Translations under genes and position numbers: made by a program
In this document: one piece after another, positions 1-7,372 of the stretch
Numbering within the stretch: position 1 is the stretch's first letter
Layout of the letters: every line of letters begins with the position of its first letter
Notes under the pieces: model-generated
Seen by the model: only the letters and a program-made list of their open reading frames with translations
Database searches by the model: none
What the model was told of the DNA's origin: nothing
NCBI GenBank assembly: GCA_964592405.1
Contig: CAZQBY010000020.1
Coordinates: 1-10,284 of the forward strand
DNA length: 10,284 bases
Direction of reading: 5' to 3'
Source: an uncultured archaeon
GTDB lineage: Archaea; Altiarchaeota; Altiarchaeia; JAFGQM01

Positions 1-11
1 TGGATGGAATG

Positions 12-27
12 CGAAAAGTATAAAAAG
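12..27. promoter_or_regulatory. TATA-like element at the window edge
   Basis: CGAAAAGTATAAAAAG reads as BRE-like + TATAAAA on +, and as CTTTTTATAC on -, which could drive a divergent gene outside the window. Confidence 0.35.
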
Positions 28-146
28 GGTGGTGGATGGAATTGGATAATGGCGCATATTTATGGTGGATATGGGGGGGCAGGGGGTTCCTGAATTATGG
101 TTTTTCTAGCTTATGATAGAAAATAGGGCAGACGGAAATAGAGAGG

Positions 147-1163
147 ATGGAAATCTACAAGACTCCTATCGGAGTTTTGGTCATGGAAGACGGCAAGGTT
201 GTGGACAAGGCCCTTTTCCCCAGAGATGCGAAAGCGATAGCCAAGAAGCTCTCGGGCGAATGCCCAGAGGAGGCTGAGCTTAGGTCCAAACATCCAAAGG
301 CCAGAAAGGGAACAGGGAGGCTTGACCTCCCCTCACTAGCCGAGAAGCTGGGCTTCTGCACGAGGGGCGAGCTTCCGGAGATAATCTCAAAGGTCAATGA
401 AGAGCTCGCGAAGATTGGGGTCAGCGAGGGCTTTGGCAGGGACAGACTCGTGGTCAACGCAGTGCGCGCGCAGAGGGCACTGGAGGACAGTGTCAACACC
501 CAATGTGAGACACTGAGGGAGTGGTACTCCATCCACTTTCCGGAGCTCAACGATCTGCTGAAGGATAACAAAGACTACTTGACAGTAGTTGCGCAGATAG
601 GCGGGCGCAACAATATGGTAGAATCCGAACTGGCCAAGATTCTGGATGACAGAAGATACGTCAGGGCCATCCCGCCGATAGCACAGGAGTCAGTAGGTTC
701 TGAGGTGAGCACCAGGGATTTGATGGTTATTCAGAATTATGCTGAGGCCATACTGTCCTCAGCACAAGAGGAGGCGGACCTGCGCGCCTACATAAACAAG
801 ACTATGAAGGAGATAGCTCCCAACCTCTCGGAGGTGGCCACACCCTATGTCGGCGCACTGCTGATTGAACAGGCAGGTTCACTGGAAAAGCTGGCCCGAC
901 TGCCCGCCTCTACCGTCCAGGTTCTGGGTGCGCAGAAGGCGATGTTCAGGTTTTTGAAAACAGGCAAAAAACCTCCCAAGCACGGAGTTCTCTACCTCCA
1001 CCCGCTGGTCAGTCAGGCCCCAAAGAACAACAAGGGCAGGATAGCGCGCATGCTGGCCGGCAAGATTTCCATAGCCGCGAAGGTTGACTTCTACGGCGGC
1101 AGGCCTATAGGCGGGAAGCTCAAGGAAGAGAGCGAGGAGAGGGTGGAGAGCCTGAGAGAGTAG
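147..1163 (+). CDS. nop5: Box C/D sRNP scaffold protein Nop5 (archaeal Nop56/58 homolog)
   Basis: 338 aa with Nop-family motifs LREWYSIHFPEL, IAPNLSEVA, AGSLEKLARLPASTVQVLGAQKAMFRFLK, PPKHGVLY and GRIARMLAGKISIAAKVDFY. Purine-rich GAGAGG lies immediately before the ATG. Confidence 0.96.
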   Translation: MEIYKTPIGVLVMEDGKVVDKALFPRDAKAIAKKLSGECPEEAELRSKHPKARKGTGRLDLPSLAEKLGFCTRGELPEIISKVNEELAKIGVSEGFGRDRLVVNAVRAQRALEDSVNTQCETLREWYSIHFPELNDLLKDNKDYLTVVAQIGGRNNMVESELAKILDDRRYVRAIPPIAQESVGSEVSTRDLMVIQNYAEAILSSAQEEADLRAYINKTMKEIAPNLSEVATPYVGALLIEQAGSLEKLARLPASTVQVLGAQKAMFRFLKTGKKPPKHGVLYLHPLVSQAPKNNKGRIARMLAGKISIAAKVDFYGGRPIGGKLKEESEERVESLRE

Positions 1164-1219
1164 CTTGGCACCTATATCCCTAAAGCAACCGTTGTTTATG
1201 CCCATGCACGAGCGCCTAT

Positions 1220-1387
1220 CTACTTCTTCCTTCTCTTCCTGCCGAACTGTTCGTGATAGAGCCTTCTCTGCCTTTCCTTCCGCGCCCTGTTGCTCTCCGG
1301 GTCCGGGGGGGTTCTCTGGCCGTGCGGTATCCTCTTTTTTACCCCCTCTCTTGGCTTCACCGGTCTTTTTTGCGGTCTTCGCGGCAT
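1220..1387 (-). CDS. Small, highly basic hypothetical protein (55 aa), not in the ORF track
   Basis: Manual translation: MPRRPQKRPVKPREGVKKRIPHGQRTPPDPESNRARKERQRRLYHEQFGRKRRKK* (22 of 55 residues K/R). SD-like GAGGT at 1399-1395 is 7 nt before the ATG, and TTTATA sits at 1429-1424. The ORF fills the nop5-idsA gap without overlap and has the purine-rich coding-strand bias of the real genes here. Confidence 0.7.
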   Translation of the reverse strand: MPRRPQKRPVKPREGVKKRIPHGQRTPPDPESNRARKERQRRLYHEQFGRKRRKK

Positions 1388-1394
1388 TTTTGTT

Positions 1395-1433
1395 ACCTCA
1401 GTTTAGTTTTTAGTAGGTGAGTGTATAAAGGCT
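1395..1433 (-). promoter_or_regulatory. Putative TATA box (AGCCTTTATAC) and SD (GAGGT) for the 55-aa ORF
   Basis: The minus strand reads agccTTTATAcac...actGAGGTaacaaaaATG. Archaeal TATA spacing predicts a transcription start near 1400, just upstream of the SD. Confidence 0.45.
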
Positions 1434-1456
1434 GGTGGAGGATACACCAAATTAGG

Positions 1457-2455
1457 TCACTCGTACCAGTCCAGCGATTCGGTTATGTAATTGATGAAAC
1501 CCAGATAGAAGCCCTTGGCCTTCTCGGACATTGCCGTGGATTTTATGTACTTCACCGCCTCTTCAGCGTGTTTTTTTGAATCCTCCTTTGCAGCGTTGAG
1601 AGCTCCGGATTGTCTTACTTTCTTACGTATCTCCTCGATGTTGCCTCTTTCATACACCCTCCCGAAATCCTTATCGAGCTGGTAGGCATAGCAGATATGT
1701 AAGGGTTTCTTACTTCTCTCCACGTCATTGTTCGTCTGCTCGTACAGGCCTATGATGTCGTCCTGTATGTCAAAAGCAGTTCCTATGTGGAAGGCTGCCT
1801 TCTCAAGCTTTTTGAGTTCGCTTTCCGGCGCCCCGGCAAGTATGGCACCTGTCAGCATGGTCGCGCGAAATACACTCGCTGCACGCTTTGAGGCCATAAC
1901 CGCCCATTCCCCCAATGTTGGGATACGCTTCTCAAAATCATAGTCAAGTATCTGGGACTCGTTGACGTATTGGTAGTCCTGCAGCAGGGACCGGGCCGCG
2001 CGCGGCTCCAGCTCGGAGATGAGCTCGAAGGCCAAGGCGTTGAGTATATTGCCGGCAAACAGGGCTATGTTCTCATCAAAGAGCTTGTGCATCGCCGGCC
2101 CTCCGCGTCTTGTCTCGTCCTTGTCCACTATGTCGTCGTGAACCAGTATGCCGTGGCGGTAGAGCTCGATGGCGACACAGGCACGCAACGCACGCTTGTC
2201 CACCCTGCCAGTATATCCCTCATAGGTCAGAAGCGTGCTCACTGACATCAGCCGCTTACCCCTGCGCATGATGTATGCACGCAGCTGGGAGTAGATCTCG
2301 CCGATGAAGGGATGGTAATCCAGCGCAGCCTTTATCCTGTCTCTGAAGTAGGCATCTATTGCAGAGTCTATCTGCTTCTGGTAGCTCTCCAAGACTGTAT
2401 TGAAGTTTGTTCCAACAATAGATTTTCCTGCCGGCATCTCCCAAATTGCGGACAT
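1457..2455 (-). CDS. Trans-isoprenyl diphosphate synthase (polyprenyl synthetase, GGPP synthase/IdsA family), divergent
   Basis: GKR motif (RRGKRL), first Asp-rich motif HDDIVDKDETRRG, SQILD (GQxxD equivalent) and second Asp-rich motif FDIQDDIIG. AGGAG lies upstream of the ATG; the exact start (Met1 or Met7) is uncertain. Confidence 0.92.
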   Translation of the reverse strand: MSAIWEMPAGKSIVGTNFNTVLESYQKQIDSAIDAYFRDRIKAALDYHPFIGEIYSQLRAYIMRRGKRLMSVSTLLTYEGYTGRVDKRALRACVAIELYRHGILVHDDIVDKDETRRGGPAMHKLFDENIALFAGNILNALAFELISELEPRAARSLLQDYQYVNESQILDYDFEKRIPTLGEWAVMASKRAASVFRATMLTGAILAGAPESELKKLEKAAFHIGTAFDIQDDIIGLYEQTNNDVERSKKPLHICYAYQLDKDFGRVYERGNIEEIRKKVRQSGALNAAKEDSKKHAEEAVKYIKSTAMSEKAKGFYLGFINYITESLDWYE

Positions 2456-2538
2456 CCGCTCCTGTTTGTCCGTTTCTGTTTGCTGTTTCTGATTTTTATT
2501 GATATTATCTTAAAAAACAGAAACTCCGGACCCCGGCT

Positions 2539-2551
2539 AAGCTTTTTATAT
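2539..2551. promoter_or_regulatory. Putative TATA element in the divergent prenyltransferase/smc intergenic region
   Basis: AAGCTTTTTATAT reads TTTTTATA on + and TATAAAAA on -, inside an AT-rich gap between divergent genes. The same AGCTTTT(T)A core occurs at 8269 and 8691. Confidence 0.45.
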
Positions 2552-2637
2552 CTTCTTCCATAGTATAAATTGGGAAAACCCAACCGTGAGAGTAAATACA
2601 AATTTGCCTCTTGCGGCCAATCCGGATATCTATAGAT

Positions 2638-5600
2638 ATGAAGCTGAGAAGGGTGGAGATAAGGGGATTCAAGTCCTTTGGCAAGCCAACGCTGCTGGAG
2701 TTCCCTGAAGGCATAAGCGCAATAGTCGGGCCAAACGGCAGCGGCAAGAGCAATATAATAGATGCCATCTGTTTTGCTCTGGGATATCCAAGCCGTAACC
2801 TGCGCGCAACCAAGGCACAGGAATTGATACACACTGGCAAGCTAAACGTCCCACACGCCAAGGTGTCACTGGTCTTTCAGGCAGACGACCGCGTCATGGA
2901 GGTCAAGCGGAAGGTGGACCGGAAGGGGAGGAGCGTCTACAAGATCAACTCCATTGTTACCAATCTGGAGAATCTGCATGATGTTCTGAGTAAGTATTCT
3001 ATACCAAAAGATGGTTTCAATATAGTGATGCAGAACGACATAACAAAATTTATTGAAATCAAACCGCATGAGCGGAGGCGTGTCTTGGATGAGATGTCTG
3101 GCATAGCCGGCTATGAAGAGAAGAAGAAAAAGGCTCTTGAGGAGCTCGCTGTGGTGGAGAGGAGGATATCGGACACCAACCTCATACTCTCCGAGAAAAA
3201 GGGTTATCTGGAGGAGATAGGCAGGGACCGTGAAATAGCCATAAGATACAGGGATATGCAGGAGGAACTCAGGACCAGCAGGGCTGTGTATCTCTACTCT
3301 ACCCTCTATGACCTAGAAAACCGGGCTGGTGAGCTGGAGGCCCGAATGGAGGAGGTCGCCAAGGAAAAGGACATAAAAATAATTGAGCTGGCACGCATAG
3401 AGGAGGAGATAGATGATATTGAAAAGCACCTTGAGGAGATAACCGGTAACATAATAAGGACCGGTGGTGTGGAGTCAGGAGAGATAAAGGGGGAGATCGG
3501 CGCTCTAAAATCCGCAATAGAGAAAAAGCAGGAGGAAATACAGTTCCTGAAGGATGAGATAGCATCAAAGGAGGAGCGACAGAGGGAGAATGCCAAGCAG
3601 CAGAGGGAGCTGAGAGCCCGGATAAAAGAGCATGAGGAAAGCCTCAAAAGACTTCGGGAGGAGATTAGCGGTGTTGAAAAAGCGCTCATGGCAGAGGAGA
3701 AGGAGCGCGAGAAGAAGACTCAGGAGTATGACAATTCCGAACTTATCGCCCTTGAAAAGGAAAGAAAGGTGGCGTTGGAGAGTCTGTTTGAGACCAAAAA
3801 ATCATTAATGCTCATTGAAAAAGAGCTGGACATCATAGCCAAGAGGAGGGATGAGATTACCGAGTCTCTGGGGGACAGGAGAAAGAGGTTAAAGGGATTA
3901 AAGGGCGAACTGGCAGATATGGATGCCAGGATATCCAAGCTTGGCATAGAGGTGGAAAGGATCGAAAAGGCAGGGCGTAGTCTAGAGGAGACAAAATCCA
4001 AGCTCTCCAAGCTCTTCCAAGAATTTGCGCGCCTAGAAAGTGAGATAAAGACCATCGAGCGGATGGAAGCCAGAGTGGGGGAGAGCGAATCCCTCAGATT
4101 TGTCCTCAAGCACAAGGATAAGGGATATATAGGTCAGGTGAGCGAGCTAGGCAGGTCTCCGGAAAAATATAGGGTAGCCCTTGAGGCCGCTGCCGGAAAT
4201 AAATCCGGCTGTCTGGTTGTAAAGGACGACAAAGCGGCAGAGTTCTACATAGAGGGCCTGAGGAAAAACAAGATTGGGAGAGCTACCTTCCTGCCGCTCA
4301 ACAGGATACATGGGCCGAAACTCCGGCAGATAAAGGGCAAGGGTGTCATAGGCTATGCCAAGGATCTGATAAAATGTGAGAGAAAATACCAAAAGGTCTT
4401 TGACCTTGTATTTGGTGACACGCTGGTGGTTGAGGATATTGAGGCAGCGCGCAGGGTCGGCATAGGCAAGATTCGGATGGTAACGCTCAACGGTGATCTG
4501 ATATCGGCCGGGGGAGCTATGACCGGCGGATATTACAAAAAGTCAGTTATTACCTTCTCAAGTATTTCTGAAAGGAAAAAAAGGCTTGAAGAGGTAAAGA
4601 GGGAGATCGCCAGCCTGAAGGAAAGGAAGGAAAGGCTCGAAAGACAGTTAGAGGGGAAGGGTACAAGCAGTCTTGATGTCATGAGAGAAAGAAGGGCAAA
4701 CATCCTTGAGAAGATAGAAACCGTGGAATCAGAGATTGCAGAATTTGAGAAGGAGCTATCGGAGCTGTCATCGCAGGAGAAGGAGCTGGATGAGAAAAAA
4801 GTCAGAAGCGAGAAGGATATAGCAAGGAAGGAGAAGGAGCTCAGGGGGATTGAGGGAAAGATGGATGTGGGAGCGCTTGACAAGATGAAGGGCATCCTGC
4901 AGGAGATAGATAACAAAATCCACGATTTGAGAGATCACAAATTCGAATTACAAAGCCGGGAAAACGCCATAATCGGTGAGATCCGGTCCCTGGAGTCAAA
5001 GATAAAGGATCTGGAAGTCCAAACAGATGAAATAAACACATCAATATCCAAGTTCAGGGATAAGATACGGGAGGGAATAAACCAGATAACGCAGTCTGGG
5101 AAAAAACTGAAAGAATTGGAGGAGAAACACTCCATCATAACCGCAGAATCTCAGGGATTGTTCAAGGAACAGGAAAGGCTAAACCAGCTGCTGAAAGAAC
5201 TTGGCGAGAAAAAGGGCATAATAGAGGCATCTGTGGAGCGTTTGAAGAATGAATACAATGAGCTGGAGGTGAAAAAAGCCAAAACAGATGCCAAGCTCGA
5301 AGAGATCCGGGCAGGTCTTGAGGGTATAGAGCCGCCTCCCAAGGAGCAGATGGAGGGGGCAAACATCCCAGAGCTCAGGCGGAGGATCAGGCAGCTTGAG
5401 AGTGAGCTTGGCTCTATTGACGGCGTCAATCTGCGCGCGGTGGATATGTATGAGGAGCTGGAGAAGCAGTATAACGAGATAAAGGAAAAGAACCAGATGT
5501 TATACATTGAAAAAGAGAAGATATACGATCTGATTGAAACCATTGAGGAAAAGAAAAGGGCAGTTTTCTATGATGTTTTCAACAAGGTCAGGGAGAACTT

Positions 5601-6015
5601 CACCCGTATAATATCTGAATTATATCCAACCAGCGAGGGCAGTCTCCGGCTGGAGAATGAAGCAGACCCGTTCAACTCCGGTCTTCTTATTGAGATCAAG
5701 CCAAGAGGCCGGGAAGGCATAGGCATCGATTCCTTGTCAGGCGGGGAGAAGACGCTGACGGCTCTGGCCTTTCTGATGGCGATGCAGAGCGTAACACCAA
5801 GTCCATTCTACATACTGGATGAGGTGGACGCGTCTTTGGACCAGGAGAATGTCTTGCGCCTGACCAGATTCCTCAAGAACCGCAAGCAGTCGCAGTTTAT
5901 ATTGATAAGCCATAACCCGGAGACTGTCAAACATATGGATTCGGTAATAGGTGTCCACATGCAGGATGGACTCTCGCGGGTTGTTGGTGTGAGGATGCAG
6001 GAGGCGGAGGCATGA
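2638..6015 (+). CDS. smc: Chromosome segregation/condensin ATPase Smc (1125 aa from ATG 2638)
   Basis: Typical N-terminus MKLRRVEIRGFKSF, Walker A GPNGSGKSNI, long coiled coils, hinge motifs GRATFLPL and VTLNGDLISAGGAMTGG, signature LSGGEK, Walker B/D-loop ILDEVDASLD and H-loop ISH. ATG 2638 is preferred over TTG 2611. Confidence 0.98.
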   Translation: MKLRRVEIRGFKSFGKPTLLEFPEGISAIVGPNGSGKSNIIDAICFALGYPSRNLRATKAQELIHTGKLNVPHAKVSLVFQADDRVMEVKRKVDRKGRSVYKINSIVTNLENLHDVLSKYSIPKDGFNIVMQNDITKFIEIKPHERRRVLDEMSGIAGYEEKKKKALEELAVVERRISDTNLILSEKKGYLEEIGRDREIAIRYRDMQEELRTSRAVYLYSTLYDLENRAGELEARMEEVAKEKDIKIIELARIEEEIDDIEKHLEEITGNIIRTGGVESGEIKGEIGALKSAIEKKQEEIQFLKDEIASKEERQRENAKQQRELRARIKEHEESLKRLREEISGVEKALMAEEKEREKKTQEYDNSELIALEKERKVALESLFETKKSLMLIEKELDIIAKRRDEITESLGDRRKRLKGLKGELADMDARISKLGIEVERIEKAGRSLEETKSKLSKLFQEFARLESEIKTIERMEARVGESESLRFVLKHKDKGYIGQVSELGRSPEKYRVALEAAAGNKSGCLVVKDDKAAEFYIEGLRKNKIGRATFLPLNRIHGPKLRQIKGKGVIGYAKDLIKCERKYQKVFDLVFGDTLVVEDIEAARRVGIGKIRMVTLNGDLISAGGAMTGGYYKKSVITFSSISERKKRLEEVKREIASLKERKERLERQLEGKGTSSLDVMRERRANILEKIETVESEIAEFEKELSELSSQEKELDEKKVRSEKDIARKEKELRGIEGKMDVGALDKMKGILQEIDNKIHDLRDHKFELQSRENAIIGEIRSLESKIKDLEVQTDEINTSISKFRDKIREGINQITQSGKKLKELEEKHSIITAESQGLFKEQERLNQLLKELGEKKGIIEASVERLKNEYNELEVKKAKTDAKLEEIRAGLEGIEPPPKEQMEGANIPELRRRIRQLESELGSIDGVNLRAVDMYEELEKQYNEIKEKNQMLYIEKEKIYDLIETIEEKKRAVFYDVFNKVRENFTRIISELYPTSEGSLRLENEADPFNSGLLIEIKPRGREGIGIDSLSGGEKTLTALAFLMAMQSVTPSPFYILDEVDASLDQENVLRLTRFLKNRKQSQFILISHNPETVKHMDSVIGVHMQDGLSRVVGVRMQEAEA

Positions 6016-6049
6016 TGCAGGGGAAACACACGGCTTGGAAGAAAACAAA

Positions 6050-6772
6050 ATGAACATACTTGAGAGCGCAGAGAGGGGGGTCTACTGGAAGAGTATAATA
6101 TATGATATTATTGCCAAGGAAGGGTTTGATCCATGGGATATTGACGTCGGCATGCTTGCGGATTCATATATCCAAAAGGTGCGCGAGATAAGGATGATAA
6201 ACTTTGAGGTCCCGGGAACTGTGATCCTTGTCGGCTCTGTCCTTCTTAAGATGAAAAGCGATGTGGTTTCCGGTCAGACATTTATGTTTGAGGAGAGTCT
6301 TGTCTCTACAGGGGATGCGGAAAGTCCTGAAGGACCTGTTGCAGATTTTGAATCAGATTTTGAATCCCCTCTGGAGGTCGGGGAAGAGGAACTTCCCCCC
6401 TCCCTGATAGAACCAAGGCTCTATGTCCGCAGGATACCCAAGAGGAAGGTCACGTTGCCGGAGCTGATAACCTTCCTGAAGAGGGTAGTGGGGCAGGTAG
6501 AGAAGAAGGAGCGGCTGAGGCGCGAAATGAAAGAACATCAGCTGGAGGTACAGATAGCCAAGAAGAATGTTGAGAGGATAATGCGCGAGGTTTACAGGGA
6601 GATACGGCGCCTCTCTGCAGGTGGCAGGACAACCTTCAGGGAACTTGTGGAGGAATGGAAAAGAGAGAGTATAATCGCTTACCTGATACCCGTTCTCCAT
6701 TTGGCTCATAAGGAGAAGATAAATGTTGAGCAGGAGGAACTCTTTGGAGAGATATTTATCTCTCCCAGATAG
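6050..6772 (+). CDS. scpA: Kleisin subunit ScpA
   Basis: N-terminal FDPWDIDV and LLKMKS motifs, an acidic linker, RKVTLPELITFL and a C-terminal winged-helix end LHLAHKEKINVEQEELFGEIFI. It lies directly after smc. The start could be TTG 6035, ATG 6050 or, with a frameshift, ATG 6012. Confidence 0.95.
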   Translation: MNILESAERGVYWKSIIYDIIAKEGFDPWDIDVGMLADSYIQKVREIRMINFEVPGTVILVGSVLLKMKSDVVSGQTFMFEESLVSTGDAESPEGPVADFESDFESPLEVGEEELPPSLIEPRLYVRRIPKRKVTLPELITFLKRVVGQVEKKERLRREMKEHQLEVQIAKKNVERIMREVYREIRRLSAGGRTTFRELVEEWKRESIIAYLIPVLHLAHKEKINVEQEELFGEIFISPR

Positions 6773-6781
6773 CCAAGGTAA

Positions 6782-7372
6782 ATGGACAGAATTAAAAAGA
6801 TTATAGAGGGTGCGCTATTCATATCGGGGCGCTGGATGACCGCAGAAGACCTTTCCAGAGTGGCATGCAGCGGCTCTGTTGGGAATGTGAGAGAAGCCCT
6901 CAGGAAGCTAAAAGATGAATATGAACGGAGGGATGGCGGTATAATCCTCAATGAGGTCAACGGGAGATTCAGGCTTGAGGTATCCCCAGATATCCGCGAC
7001 AGGGTATACTATCTTGCACCCGAGCCGGAACTTAGTCCTGCCCTTATAAAGACCCTGGCGCTTATAGCCTACAAGCAGCCCATAAGCCAGAGCAAAGTTG
7101 TCAGAATAATTGGCAACCGGGCCTATGATTATATCAGGGAGCTTCGCAAAAAGGAGTTTATAACGGTAAGGAAGAAGGGCCGAACAAAGATACTCTCCAC
7201 CACAGGTCATTTCCGGAAATACTTTGCCCTTCCAGAAGGGGTCAAATGGGAGCCGGAACTTGGATCAAAGATACTGGAAGAAAGGCAAAAACGGCTGGAT
7301 GAGATGCCCGAGGGACCGGATGCCGGGGATGATGGCCCGGAGGAAGGCCGGGATGAGATGACGGGGGGATGA
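6782..7372 (+). CDS. scpB: KITE subunit ScpB
   Basis: IIEGALFISG, ELSPALIKTLALIAYKQPI and TTGHFRKYF are ScpB hallmarks, followed by an acidic disordered tail. It follows scpA after 9 nt, with AAGGT upstream. Confidence 0.96.
   Translation: MDRIKKIIEGALFISGRWMTAEDLSRVACSGSVGNVREALRKLKDEYERRDGGIILNEVNGRFRLEVSPDIRDRVYYLAPEPELSPALIKTLALIAYKQPISQSKVVRIIGNRAYDYIRELRKKEFITVRKKGRTKILSTTGHFRKYFALPEGVKWEPELGSKILEERQKRLDEMPEGPDAGDDGPEEGRDEMTGG

Noticed and set aside
60-95. G-string resembling an archaeal origin recognition box (ORB)
   Set aside because: It lacks the TTCCAxxGGAAA core next to the G run, and there is no orc1/cdc6 gene or repeated ORB in the window.
1165-1413. 82-aa plus-strand ORF in the track (TTG start)
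   Set aside because: It is the Ser/Phe/Pro-rich antisense shadow of the purine-rich minus-strand 55-aa ORF, which has the SD and TATA signals.
1491-1498. TTGATGA box C-like word antisense to the prenyltransferase 3' end
   Set aside because: No CTGA follows at guide distance, and the word is explained by coding sequence.
2611-2637. TTG start extending Smc by 9 aa
   Set aside because: Smc proteins begin at the first beta-strand (MKLRRVEI), so ATG 2638 fits the family N-terminus.
6021-6027. GGGAAAC as a canonical -1 slippery heptamer
   Set aside because: In the frame starting at 6012 it is phased GGG AAA C rather than G GGA AAC, so tandem slippage is not supported. Only non-canonical slips remain possible.
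2638-7372. Wadjet/MksBEF or Rad50/SbcC interpretation of the SMC locus
   Set aside because: The protein has a canonical Smc hinge and ScpA/ScpB partners in housekeeping order. There is no Toprim JetD, no Mre11 and no CxxC zinc hook.
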